This document shows, piece by piece, positions 1 to 13,259 of a stretch of 64,000 bases of DNA. The notes beneath the pieces were generated by a model, which was not told where the DNA came from, did not search any database, and was given only the letters and a program-made list of their open reading frames with translations. Location: positions 32,304,001 to 32,368,000 of the forward strand of contig NC_086109.1 of assembly GCF_963921235.1 (NCBI RefSeq), in the 5' to 3' direction. The position numbers and the translations under genes are program-made. The stretch is from Mobula hypostoma. Taxonomy: Eukaryota. The first letter of the stretch is position 1. Every line of letters starts with the position of its first letter.

Positions 1-390
1 ATGGCAGGTATGAGCCAGGTTTCATAAAGCAAAGTACACAGCAGTCCCCGGTGTCCCTCTGGTACAGTAATCTTGCTCTAAGGTCTTCAATTTTATTTTC
101 CAGAAACTGTACATTCGTCAGCAGAATAGTTGGGAGTGGAAGTCTAAGGCCTCTGTGTTTCAACTGATCTTATAGGTTGGTACAGCATCCCCACTTCCCC
201 TTTCTTAAGGGGAACTGCACTCGCAACCCAAATCTGTTATCCGAGTTTCATCGATTTTGCGTATCAATAGATTTTTTAAACATCTTGACAGGATATTATG
301 ATTGTGGATTTCAGCTGTAGTAGTCCTAAACAGGAATATTTGATGATTCCCACCAGAACCGCGCGCAGTTGCCCCTTAATGGCGCCAACT
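1..390 (-). mobile_element. Rex1/Babar-type LINE, 5' end and start of APE domain (degenerate; runs off the window edge)
   Basis: The minus strand translates PLPTILLTNVQFLENKIEDLRARLLYQRDTGDCCVLCF, which matches the start of the plus-strand element at ~13410. Confidence 0.75.
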
Positions 391-713
391 AGTCTTGTGA
401 CAGAGAACAGGCTAATCATCAAGCACTCATTTACTCAAATCCCATTTTATGTTTCCTACATTCCCCCAATTCTCCATTAATTCTCATGTATGCATGAGAT
501 ATGATTACTTTAAATGGAGACCAAGAACAATTGAAACATTTTTTTTCTGCAATTCTCTTTCTTAACGCTTTCAATTTGCCCTCCTGATAGTAACAGACTC
601 ACTACTCTCCAAAGCCTTTCCCTCTCTATTACATTAACCTCAATCTCTGACTCTCCTGAAATCATACCTATCTCTGAACAATAAACCAAGGGCTATGCCT
701 AAATATCTTATCC

Positions 714-790
714 ACACACAAAAAATGCTGGTGTTCCTCCAGCATCTTGTGTGTTTGGATCCAAGTTCCCAGCATCTGCAGTCTCTCATG
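714..790. repeat. Short hairpin made of two inverted Penelope-terminus fragments
   Basis: acacacaaaaaatgctgg is followed by ccagcatcttgtgtgt, then ...ccagcatctgcagtctctc, as in the Penelope termini at 19020 and 20500. Confidence 0.6.
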
Positions 791-2239
791 TGGAATCCCT
801 CCCCTAAACACAAAACCATCCATAACACCAATTTGTTAGAATATCTGATGTTATCGGCACAAATAAATTCATTGTGGTAAATTATAAGGGCTTTAATTCA
901 TTTTCATATTTCTCCAGCAGATGAAGAGTATCCCAATTTCATTTTATGGAGACTGACGCAATAATGGTTTGTACTATAATTATTAATTGATATTCCATTT
1001 ATTTGTAAGGTCTCACTTTCAAAGATGATAATCAGATCTCATCAAGAGTTAAAATTAAACCAAACTGGACTGAACGTAAGCAATGAATAAAAATACAATT
1101 GCTCTATATAAAAGAACAATAACAGTACAAGCGATCCTCTGCTTTAAAAGGGTGTGCTTTCTTAGGAACCTATCTGTATCATGACTTTCCATAACAGAAA
1201 CCCTTATTTCTCACTGAACCTATGTTATGTGGAGATATATTACAACACGATATTTTTGTTTCAACAATAATGACCCCACTGCTGCACAATATACACACAC
1301 AAGGGAATTCTGAAAATGGAAACTTCTGTAGTGCTTATTTCAAGATACACTTCAATAAATATCATTATATTAAAAACACCGCAGCTGTTCCTCTGGTCGA
1401 GGAGCTGCACACATGGCAACCCACCCGTATAGTAATAGGGAATCAACTGGATTATTTCAAATTTAATAAATTGAGATTTATTTTATATTACAAAATACTT
1501 CCAAGGCAAGATCTATGGGAAAAAATGTAGGAGGTAGAAAATAAAATCCAAATTCCTGATCAGCTGTCTATAAACAAGCTATTTGAGATACTGTCATTGA
1601 AATATAAGATTTACATCAATAAGCAAACCAAAGTACAACAGCTACTAAAATCAGACTTAAACAGCAAAAAAAAAACTGCAGTCAACTGACTGATACTAGA
1701 TCAAAACAGATCAACTGAAACTTACATTGTCACTTCCATGCAAACATTAGCAGATTAAAGGCCCTTGAAAATTACTTCAATGGTTGATTGACATCCTAGT
1801 ATCAATAGTCACATAATTCTCATTAAAAGTCTCAAGCCGCATTTGCATGAAAACTAAAAAAGATGCAACCATAACAAAACTAAGGATAAGCAGCTAGAAC
1901 AATTCAGAGGAAATCCAAGTTGTAGTTTTAAATTAAAGCATCAACAGGAAGGGGTGGCTTTGTCTGTTTCCAATGCAAATGTATTAAGTTTATCTTCAAT
2001 CTCATGGTGGACCAGGAGCTGTGATATTTACTGACAATGGGATCTACTTGATTACTCTTAGGATGTTACAAGTACGCATTTTATGTCTATATGATTTATT
2101 TTAAAATACAGACTCCATGAGTGAATTGTTATTATGTGCCTCAGTTTCTTTTGGTAGTAATGGGTCAATTTTACTTGAAATACCATAATAACATGGGTGC
2201 TCTGTACATGATTTTACAGTGAGTATGCTCATGGTGCTG

Positions 2240-2730
2240 AGATACAACCTAGGATGCGCTGAGACACATCAGTGATGTAACCTGGGATCATCAGGTATTT
2301 TGGGTCTTTCAACATCAGATTCTTGCACCCAGGCAACCCAGCTAGGTTTGATCAGGCCCTGGCTTATGTCCCAGCAGCAGTGGTCCATGGGTCATACCTC
2401 TTGATCCACAGCCACCTGGAGACTTTCTCAGCAGCCTCTGTGACTGTCCTGATGGCTCTTTTCTTTACAGTCCCTATAATGCCAAGGAGAGAGTAGGTTC
2501 TGCACAGCAAGCAGACAAAATCTCTACAGCCCACCTCTATAAGCTCACATTGTGCCCTCCACCCCGTTTCTGGCACTGCTCTGCAGCTCCTGGTATTTCG
2601 CTTTCTTACATTCAAATGCTTCCTCAATCAGATCTTCCCAAGGAACTATCAGTTCTACTATGACTATTTGCTTCAAGGTTCCTGACAGAATGACCCTGTC
2701 AGGCATTAGGGATGATGATGCGATGAAGTC
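2240..2730 (-). mobile_element. HERO/R2-superfamily non-LTR retrotransposon 3' fragment (restriction-like endonuclease), frameshifted
   Basis: Overlapping ORFs give PDRVILS..KQIVIVELIVPWEDLIEEAFECKKAKY and GWRAQCELIEVGCRDF...AAEKVSRWLWIKR, the RLE PD..E / K..KY / EVG signature. Confidence 0.8.
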
Positions 2731-3519
2731 AGGGAACTTTAATTCATAATACATTTCTATCCATAATACAATGCTGCTCAAAAGCGACAAGTAGCATAAA
2801 ATTCTCCCATCACTATCAATAATCTTAGACATAAAGATGTTTTTAATATCATAAACATACTTTATACTTTATTGTCGCCAAACAATTGATACTAGAACAT
2901 ACAATCATCACAGCGATATTTGATTCTGCTCTTCCCACTCCCTGGATTACAAATATTAAACATTAAAAATAGTAAAAATTAGTAAATATTAAAAACTTAA
3001 ATTATAAATCATAAATAGAAAATAAAAAAATGGAAAGTAAGGTAGTGCAAAAAAACCGAGAGACAGGTTGAAGATTGAGATTGAAGAGAAACTTAAAACA
3101 TTTGTGAAATACAATGACAAGCTGGTCTAAATTCAGTTACATTAAAAAAAAATCTTCTCATTCAATAGTTAGGTGGAGGTGGAAGTGTAATGCAATATTT
3201 TTTTTAATGTTTTCGGGTTGCTTTTCACATGCACTTAGGAAACAGGACTGATCAATCATTTTGCCATTCATCTAAATAGAAAAGCATTTTCAGCAATTTT
3301 ATTTTACATTTTTCTTGTAGGTTGATTCTAATAAGAACACCTTGATGTCATTTTTCTTGAATATTCATTAAATGCATTGGATTCCTAAAGTCAACAAAAC
3401 TCTAAATTAACCGTGTTTGAAAATTTGCCCCTTATCTATGAACTCTTGCAATTCCAACCTATTCTTCTTGAAATGAAGGAAGTAAAACTTAATTTAAAAA
3501 CACTGAAAGATTACACCTA

Positions 3520-3993
3520 CAGTACTGTGCAAAGTTCTTAAGCACACATATATAGCTAGGGTGCCTATGACCTTTGCACAGTATTGCATTTGTCAATGTG
3601 GGAATGGTGAGGGTGTTGCATTGTGGGAGGAGTATTGGACAGGTAGCAGAGAAGGAGTGCCAGGTCAAGAGAAGACATACCCAACCCTGAGGCACCAGCC
3701 ATGGTCACTTGATTGGTTTATTGATCATTACAGAATGTCTCTGATGCTTTCAACTCTCTAGCTCTCCCTTCCCCCTTATCCCAAATATAATTCCTCCTCT
3801 CCCTGGCCCCTTCGCACTCTTGGTTCACAATACAGACCCATATCAGAATCAGATTTTATCATCATTCACATCATGAAATGTGGTTTTTTTTGCGGTAGCA
3901 GAACAGTACAATACATGAAATCACTATAGCAATGGGCTAAAGTCATAGGCACCCTAGCTATACACATGTGCCCAAGTTTTTTGCACAGTACTT
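3520..3993. mobile_element. Non-autonomous Tc1/mariner-type MITE with ~65-bp compound terminal inverted repeats
   Basis: TA|cagtactgtgcaaag...tagctagggtgcctatgac at the left end; gtcataggcaccctagcta...ttgcacagtact|TA at the right end. Confidence 0.75.
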
Positions 3994-4728
3994 TATATAC
4001 TTCATACAAATGGAAAAAAATGGTTCATGTGTTCTACATGGGAGGAGGCAGTTGACAACAAGAACCAAAGAAACATTTCACTATACTTATGAGGTAAGTT
4101 GCATGAAAAATGTACCAAAATATTAACCCTAACTTTGTGCAGACCTCATGCTGCTCCCTGGCTTCTCAGAAACAATACATATTTACATTATAAAATTGAT
4201 AATAATGCTTCAAAAGTAAACAACAATTGGCAATTAAAAACAGCATGCTAACAATGAAGGAAAATTTCATTCACCTATCAAATGAAATGACACATTTCCT
4301 TCAGTCCCAGGAATGCTGTTTGTTTTTTTTTGTGTGGTAACAGAACAGTACAATACATGAAATCACTACAGTAGTGGGCAGAAGTCCATAACTAAGCAAA
4401 TCTGCATGTCACATTACCAGAACACAGCTGTGCCGAAGACAGGATGTGGTGTGCATACTGTACCTCAAAAGATTAGTAAAATATTGCAATCAACCCTGGA
4501 AGCGAGGAAAACCACTAGCTAACAACTTGTAGGATAATACAACTACAGGACAAAAGTTCTAATCTTCCCAAATTTTACATCTCCACCCCTCCAGAAATAT
4601 TTCAGGCCACAAACTGGGAAAATAATTTAAAACTACAGAGAGAGAGCTGGGAAGGGTGCAAGCAGGATAAGGGTATGAGGTAAATCAAAAGCACTTTGGA
4701 ACAGAAATCCTGGAAATTCTAAATTTAC

Positions 4729-7700
4729 AGTCCATTGTGTGGGGCCTATCAGCGGCGGCAACTGAGCTCGACAAAGGAGTGCTTCTCACAGGTCAGAGGT
4801 GGTTATTTAAAACGAGAGCTTCGCGGGCATTAGTCCATTGTGTGGGGCATATCAGTGTCGGCAACTGAGCTCGACGAACTAAATAAAAGTACAGAAGGGA
4901 TAAGCAGAGTGGCCATTGTCAGGAGTAGGCCAGTGGCGAGAGTAGAAGCGACAGGCTTTGGCTCATTCAGGCTTTGGCAAAAGCGAGCTTCAGTGAGGTA
5001 AGTGGGTAGATGGACTTCATTTTTGGTTTTTCTTTGCATTTTTTTTGAGAAATAGAGAGCACATCGGTAGGGTTAGTATTTTGCTCTGAATGTAGGATAT
5101 GGGAATCCTGGGAATCTTCCAGTCTGCTAGATGGCAACATCTGCACCAGGTGCACCGAGATGCAGCTCCTGAGAGATCGTTTTAGGGATCTGGAGCTGCA
5201 GCTCAATGACCTACAGCTTATTAGGGAGAGTGAACAGGAGATAGAGAGGAGCTACAGGGAGTTAGTCACCCCAAGGCTGCCACAGTTAGATAAGTGAGTG
5301 ATGGCCAGGGAAGTGAAGGGAAGAGCTAGATAGTAGAGAGCACCCCTGTGGCCATCCCCCTCAGTAATCTTTAACTCATTTTGGATGCCGAGAGACGACC
5401 ACGGCTATCAGGTCTCTAACACTGAGCCAGGTTCCATGGTGCAGAAGGGAAAGAGAAAGATGAGAATTGCCGTAGTCATAGGGGATTCCATACTAAGGGG
5501 AACAGATAGGAGGTTCTGTCAGCCTGACAAGAGATACCCACATGGTGTGTTGCCTCCCAGGTGCCAGGGTACAGGATGTCTCAGATCAGGTGCAGAGTAT
5601 TCTAAAGGGAGAGGGTGAACAGCCAGAAGTCTTGGTACACGTTGGTACCAATGACATAGGTAGAAAAAGGGAAGAGCTCCTGAAGAGAGAGTTCAGGGAG
5701 TTAGGTAGGAAGCTGAAAAGCAGGACCTCTAGGGTAGTAATCTCAGGATTGTTGCCTGTGCTACGTGCTAGCAAGTGCAAGAATAGCATGATCAGGCGTA
5801 TTAATGTGTGGCTGAGAGACTGGTGTAGCGGGCAGCGCTTCAGATTCCTGGATCATTGGGGCCTCTTCTGGGGGAGGTATGACCTCTACAAAAAGGATGG
5901 GTTACACCTGAAGCCAAAGGGCTCCAATATCCTAGCGGGCGCTGTTAAGGAGTGTTTAAACTAATTTGGCAGGGGGATGGGAACTGGAGTGATAGGGTTG
6001 AGGAAGGGGAAAACTGAAATAAATCAAAGATAGCATGAAACAGAGATTATAGAAAGAACAGGCAGGAGATGAGGCTTAATCACAGCCAGTGGCATGAGTT
6101 ACAGGACAATAGAGACGTGGTGCAGTTAAAACAGAAAGCAACAAATATTGGACTGAAAGCAGCATAAGGAATAAAATGGACGATCTTGAAATTCAGCTAC
6201 AGATTGGCAAACATGACATTGTGGCATCTCTGAAACTCGGCTAAAGGATGGCTACTATTGGGAGCTCAACATCCAAGGATATACGGTGTATCAGAAAGAT
6301 AGGTTAGTTGGCAGAAGGTGTGGCTCTGTGTATGAGAAATAATAGTAAATCATTAGAAAAAGATGACACAGGGTTGGAAGTTGTAGAGTCTCTATGGATT
6401 GAGTTAAGAAATGGCAAGGGTAAAAGGACCCTAATGGCAGTTGTATACAGGCCTCCAAACAGCAGCCGGGGATTACAAATTACAGCAGGAGATAGAAAAG
6501 GCATGCCAGAGGGGCAATGTCATAATAATCATTGGGGATTTTAACATGAAAGTGATTCGGGCAAACAAGGTCAGTACTGGACCTCAAGAGAGAGAATTTG
6601 TAGAATGTCTAGAGTGCCAGGGAAGTGAAATTTGTGCAGTGAAAATTACGACTGAGAAGGTGCTCTGGAAGCTTAATGATCTGAGGGTGGATAAATCTCC
6701 TGGACCTGGTGGAATGCACCCTTGGGTTCTGAAAAAGTACCTGGAGAGATTGCGGAGGTATTAACGATGATCTTTCAAGAATCAATAGATTCTGGCATTG
6801 TACCAGATGACTGAAAAATTACAAATGTTACTCCGCCATTTAAGAAGGATGGGAGGCAGCAGAAAGGAAACTATAGACCTGTTAGCCTGACATAAGTGGT
6901 TGGGAGCGATTGTTAGGGATGAGATTACGGAGTACCTGGAGCCACATGACAAGATAGGCCAAAGCTAGCATGGTTTCCTGAAAGGAAAATCCTGCCTGAC
7001 AAACCTACTACAGTTCTTTGAGGAAATTACAAGCAGGGTAGATAAACGAGATACAGTGGTTGTGGTGTACTTGGATTTTCAGAAGGCCTTTGACAAGGTG
7101 CCGCATATGAGGCTGCTTAGCAAGATAAGAGCCTATGGAATTACAGGGAAGTTACTAGCATGGGTGGAGTATTGGCTAGTCGGCAGAAAACAGAGAGTGG
7201 GAATAAAGGGATCCCATTCTGGCCGGCTGCTGGTTACCAGTGGAGTTCCACAAGGGCCAGTGTTGGGACCACTGGTTTTTACAATGTATGTCAATGAATG
7301 GACTACAGTATTAATGGGTTTGTGGCTAAATTTCCCAATGATACAAAGATAGGTGGAGGAGCGGGTAGTGTTGAGGAAACAGAGAGCCTGCAGAGAGACT
7401 TAGATAGTTTAGGGGAATGGGCAAAGAAGTGGCAAATGAAATACAATGTTGGAAAGTGTATGGTCATGCACTTTGGTGGAAGAAATAAATTGGCAGACTA
7501 TTATTTAGATGGGGAGAGAATTCAAAATGTAGAGATGCAAAGGGACTTGGGAGTCCTTGTGCAAGATACCCTAAAGGTTAACCTCCAGGTTGAGTTGGTT
7601 GTGAAGAAGGCGAATGCAATGTTGGTATTCGTTTCTAGAGGTATAGAATATAAGAGCAGGGATGTGATGTTAAAACTCTATAAGGCACTCATGACACCAC

Positions 7701-8260
7701 ACTTGGAGTATTGTGTGCAGTTCTGGGCTCCTTATTTTAAAAAGGATATACTGACATTGGAGAGGATTCAGAGAAGATTCACAAGAATGATTCCAGGAAT
7801 GAAAGGGTTCCCGTATGAGGAACATCTGGCAGCTCTTGGGCTGTATTCCCTGGAGTTCAGGAGAATGAGGGGGGATCTCATAGAAACATTCCGAATGTTA
7901 AAAGGCCTGAACAGATTAGATATGGCAAAGTTATTTCTCATGGTAGGGGATTCCAGGATAAGAGGGCACGACTTCAGGATTGAAGGACGTCCATTTAGAA
8001 CTGAGATGTGGAGAAATTACTTTAGTCAGAGGGTGGTAAATCTGTGAAATTTGTTGCCACGGGCAGCTGTTGAGGTCAAGTCATTGGATATATTTAAGAC
8101 AGAGATAGATAGGTTCTTGTTTAGCTAGGGCATCAAAGGGTATGGGGTGAAGACAGGGGAGTGGGGATGACTGGAAGAATTGGATCAGCCCATGATTGAA
8201 TGGCAGAGCAGACTTGATGGGCCGAATGGCCTACTTCTGCTCCTATATCTTATGGTCTTA
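4729..8260 (+). mobile_element. Near full-length CR1 LINE (5'UTR, ORF1 zinc finger/coiled coil/SGNH esterase, ORF2 APE-RT), disrupted and internally deleted
   Basis: ORF1 has CSEC..CTRC, IGDS, VHVGTND and DGLHL. ORF2 has GDFN, YLDFQKAFDKVPH, SGVPQG and KF.DDTK-like motifs. The 3' end is gatgggccgaatggcctacttctgctcctatatcttatggtctta. Several stops and frameshifts. Confidence 0.95.
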
Positions 8261-9479
8261 CATCATTATCCAGATATTAATTCTGCATTGAGGAACAAGG
8301 TGGTGATGTCCACAACTGTTACACAAGTTGTAACTTTACAAAGGTCCCATGTTTGCATGAATTAACTTAATCATATTGGAATCTTTATCATACATCTGAG
8401 TCTGCTTTTCAACATTCAAGTGTAGCTGGAGGTTAAGAATACTCAAAGAGATATTGTTTTGTGAACAAATCTGCAATCATACAAAATAGCTTTGGAGTGG
8501 AACAGCACAAATTCACCAAAGTTATAACACAAAACTAAAGCTTAGCCACTTTCTTCTCCTTTCCACCTTCAGCTTGTCACGTGCCAGTAAATGGAGATAA
8601 AGGAAGATAGCACAGATAATTGCATGGCTGGAAGAATGCCCAAAGACAGTAATCCTTAGACTTCTCAGGTACTAGGGCAAGATCTGGGACAGGTGGAAAC
8701 AACACAAGGCAAACTGCACCGCAAAAATTAAAGTAATATGCTCACAAGATTCACTGCATATGTGGGAGGCTTTTAATTTATTTGATAGAGGATTGATCAT
8801 TAGTGCTTAAAGTAAAATAGGATTTATCTTAAATCTTGTTCTGACTGCAAACTTCCATGCCTTATTGTTCCAACTTGCAGGATAGAACAAGAAGAGATCA
8901 AAATTTTCAGTCAGAAAAAGATTTAAGATAAATTTACCTAAATACATTATCACAACGGGTTTATGCGACCAAGGTGCAATTAACCTTGTGGGATTTCGAT
9001 GGCATGATATTGATAGAGATCTGGCTAGAGGAAGAGTAGAATATTATATATTTCTAAATATTCTTGAAAACAAGATACTCAGGAAAGAATGGGAAAGGAG
9101 GTGGCAGCATTCAGAATATTACAGTATTGGAGAGAAAGGATGTCCTGGAACGATCAAGAACGCAACTTATTTAATGTTTTAGAAGAAAAATATGGCTGCT
9201 CTCTAGTAAGTAAACCGCTGAGGAGCAAACCTACAAGTGTAAAGATGCACAGAAGCTATAAAACTATAATAATGGGAAACTCCCATCTATTCAAATGCAG
9301 ACCGGGTAATTTGTTTCTACATAATTTTCTTGATCAGTGCTTCTGATCCAATGAGAAAAGCAGCCAAGTAACTGCCAATCACTTTAAAATTGGTTCTGCA
9401 AATCATTACTGTATTCTTGGAGTGGTCTGTATATTTCTTCAAAACTGTATAATAGAAACAGAAAATGTTGTAAACTCAG

Positions 9480-10210
9480 CAGGTCATGACATACGAGAAG
9501 AGAAACAGCTGGAAAAGTGTGGATTGATTGGAGCAAGCACTTATGGATCTTTTGAAAATAAATCTAATTGAAAGAATAACCAAGAGGGCTGATGAAAGAA
9601 ATGCAGGTAACATAGTATATATAACTTTCAAAAAAAAGTATCTGACATCCAAGTAACACTCTATAAAAATCATGATGGGCTTCTGTAAAAGAGTGTTTAG
9701 CTACAACTGTGAAGTATGCTCAGTTCTCTGTTCCACATTTCAACAACAATTTGAACCTGCTGAAGAACATGCAGAAAAGATTAAGCAAAATGATTCCAGG
9801 AATGAGGCAACTTTAGTTCTGTGATTGGACAGAAGAAGCTGGTTGGCTCCTTAGTGTAGAGATAGTTAAAATCATGAAGACTATATATAGACCAGATAGA
9901 AAGAAACGGTTCCCACTGGCAAAGGGATCAAGAACTAGGAGACACAGAATAAAGGCAATTGGCAAAAGGAAACCAAAAAAAAATGACACAAGGGTGTTTC
10001 CTTACCAACCTCCAGCTACACCAAGTGGTTAAAAGTTGAGCATCACTTCCAGTGGTAGTAAGAGGTAGATTCAATTGTATAATTTGCAAGAGAGCTGGTT
10101 AAGTAGTTGCAACCAAAAAAAAAGGAATTTTCAGAGCTATGGAGATCTGGCAGAGCAGTGGGACTGACTGAACTGTCGCTATAGACTTGACAGCTAAATG
10201 GCATCTTCAA
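9480..10210 (+). mobile_element. Old, highly decayed CR1 RT/3' fragments
   Basis: Residual similarity to the CR1 above, e.g. gaagtatgctcagttct...aaatgattccaggaatgagg. Confidence 0.6.
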
Positions 10211-11414
10211 TACCACTAATACATTGCAATTCTGTGGAAACATTACGCACCAAGACTGCCATACCACCCAGGGAGATTGGAATACTGCAACTACAGAAGT
10301 GTTTTATTTTTATAGTATATCTACTATTCTAATGTGAAAAACAAATGCTAAAAATGGCACAATCATCTGCAAAGATACATTAATGTTGGTTTGTAAATGT
10401 GAATGTGAATAAAGGAGGTGAGCAGGAAGATGCTCTTTGCCAGCTGACCTTCCTTTATACATCTTTCTCCTCTTCTACTCCATCCCAAACTGAGACAGTA
10501 ATCAATTAAAAATGTTAAAATTATGCTCAAAGTTTTTGAAATATATAACAAAGCCTTTACCCTGCTTAACTACTCAATTAGATCATGAAAGAACCACCAT
10601 TCCTAGACACCTTAGCTTCATAGCACTGGTTTTGGCAACAGAGTGGGAAGTTAGGAGGTTGGTTTAGGGCTTAGGGACAAGGATGAGGGGAGTGAGGGAT
10701 CGGGACAGTAAATGGAGATTTAGGGGAAGGAGCCAGAGGTTGGTGTGCCTTAGGCTGGAGGCCAGCAATGCCCAAGGACAGAGTTCTAATGCCTGCAGCC
10801 CCCTCCCCACACACCGTGCCCCCCCCCCGAGTACAAGAGCCAGTGACAACCAGTGTTAGTGAGTCCTGGGGTCAGAGGTCCAAGGTCAGAGAGTCCTGGG
10901 AATGGAAGTCTGTGACTGGCAAGTCCTAGAGTCGAAACCCAGTGGTTAGTGAGTCTGAAGACTGAAGTCCCAAAGTCACCAACTCCAGAGATCAAGGGCT
11001 ATGATTGGCAAGTTCTGAAGTCAAAGTACAAAGGTCAGTGAGTCCAGAAGTCGAAGCCCAGATCGAAGTCCTGAGGTCAGCATTCAGAGGTCAAAGCCCC
11101 GGGTCAGTGAGTTCCGAGAAGCCTCTAGGCCGGTGTCTGGAGGCCAGAGGCCTAATGTCTACAAATCTACTGCCTAGGCCAAAGATTGGAGGTCAGAGGC
11201 CAAGAGGCAGCCTTGGGGTTGGAAGCCCGACTGTGTAGCTGGGTGGGAGGGAGGAAAAGAAAGGGGCTTATTTTGCTGTTGTTTTATTTTGTTGTTGTTA
11301 TTGCTGCAGTTCCTTGTTGTACACATGTTGTTCTGCTGAACATTATGGACATTCAATGTCAGCTCCAGAATGTGTGGTAACAGCTGCAGACTGCCCCCAG
11401 CACATTCTTAGGTT

Positions 11415-12629
11415 AAACATGATTCTGCACATGCTGGAAATCTAGAGCAACACACACAAAATGCTGGAGGAACTTAGCAGGTCAGGCAGCATCTATGGAA
11501 ATTAATAAACAGTCAACATTTCAGGCTGAGTCCCTTCATCAGGACTGGAAAGGAAGGGTGAAGAAGCCAGAATAAAAATGTGGGAGGAACGGAAGAAGAA
11601 CAAGCTAGACGGTGATAGGTCAAGCCAGATGGGTTGGAAAGGTAAAATTACTGGAAGGAGAAATTGATGTTCATGCTATCATGGATGGCCAATGAAAAAT
11701 TTTACTTTTGGCAAATGGCAAATGCTCAACAAAGCGGTCCCCAATTTTTGTTGGGTCTCACCAATGGAGAGGAGGCCACATTGGGAGAATTGGGTACAAT
11801 AGGCAACCAACAGATTCGCAGATGAAGTATTGCCTCACTGTTTGGGGCCCTGAATGGAGGTGAGGGAGATGGTGAATGGGCAGGTGTAGCATTTCTCTTG
11901 CTTGCAGGGATATTCATCAGGTGGCAGATTCGTGGGAAGGGATGAATAAACAAGGGAATCATGGAGGGAGTGATCCCAGCAGAAAGCGGAACATGGGGGT
12001 GGGGTGGGACGGAGGGAGTAAAGATGTGTTTGGTGGATCCTAAAGATGGTGCAAGTTGCAGAGAATGATGTGTTGGATGTGGAGGTTCATGAGGTTGTAG
12101 GTGACGACCTGAATAACTTAATCCCTGTTCAATGGTGAGATGAGGGGGTGAGCGCAGAAGTCTGGGAAGTGGAAGAGATGTGGCCGAGGGCAGCATCAAT
12201 TGTGGAGGAAAAGAAACCCTGTTCTTTTAAGGAAGAGGACACCTCTGATATCCTTGAAAGGAAAACGTCATCCTGGAAACAGATGCAGCAGAGACAAAGG
12301 AGCTGAGAAAAGAAAATAGCATTTTTACACAAAATGGGGGGTGTGGAAAGAAGTTCTATAGTCAAGATGGCCATAGGAATCATAAGGAGATAGAGATAGA
12401 GAGACAGAGGCAGAGAGATGTGTCAGAAATGAACCAAGTGAATTTAAGGGTAGGGTGGAAGTGGGAGGCAAAGTTGACAAAATTGATTACCTCAATATGG
12501 GTGCATGAAGCAGCACCAAAGCAGTTGGCAATGTAGGGCAGAAAGTGTTGGGGAGCATTACTAGGGGAGGCTTCGAACATGGACTGATCCACGTAGCCAA
12601 CAAAAGGGCAGGCACAGCTGGGGCCCATG
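11415..12629 (-). mobile_element. Penelope-like element, 5'-truncated (RT C-half, GIY-YIG remnant, terminal repeat)
   Basis: The minus strand gives MGPSCACPFVGYVDQSMF...NFASHFHPTLKFTW (PLE RT). The terminal repeat matches those at 18642 and 20130. Imperfect 17-bp TSD at 11398-11414 and 12630-12646. Confidence 0.9.
11511..11546 (-). ncRNA. Minimal type I hammerhead ribozyme motif in the Penelope terminus (CpG-decayed stem III)
   Basis: The minus strand reads AGTC CTGATGA AGG-GACTCAG-CCT GAAA TGTT GACT. Confidence 0.6.
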
Positions 12630-13259
12630 CAGCCCATCCTTAGGTTGTGTTGATTGTTAATGCAACCAGCGCACTTCACTGAATGTTTTGATGCATATGT
12701 GATAAATGTATCTAAATGTACCAATTAAAACAAGCTCTCAGCATTCACTTTCTCAAGCTATTATAGAACCTTATACATTTCAGAAAGGTTATATCTCTTT
12801 CCCTTTAATTTCAGAGAACATAGGTTCATTCTACTCAACTTTTCACCACAGAATTGTTAGTACATTCCTGGGATCAATTCTTCATTCTACTGTTTCCAAG
12901 GCAAAAATATCCTTTCTATTCAAGACCAAAAGTAAACTCAAAGTCTTGAGTAATTCTAGCAAAACTTCACTTACTTTTGTACTCTTACCTTTTAGTATGT
13001 CAGGTAGCATGCAATTTGTCTTCATGTTTGCTTGCTCTATTTGCACAATTCCTGTGATTCATACTAAAGAAACATCATCTCTTTGAACATCTGTGAACTG
13101 CTCCATTTGACAAGTATTCGTTCATCCAATGAACAGAATGGTGCCAGAAAGTGGCAGCTCTTTGCATGCAGCAACAAAGGGGATCTGCGAATATTCCTGT
13201 ATAGGACTACTACAGCTGAAACCCAGTCACAGGTACTTGGTACTTCAGTAAGCAACAGC

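Larger units (their letters stand above)
10790..12720 (+). repeat. Unclassified interspersed repeat with degenerate internal repeats, split by a Penelope insertion
   Basis: Recurrent gtgagtcc/gtcgaagcc motifs at 10850-11230. The sequence resumes after the insertion at a duplicated cagc(a/c)cat(t/c)cttaggtt. Confidence 0.5.
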
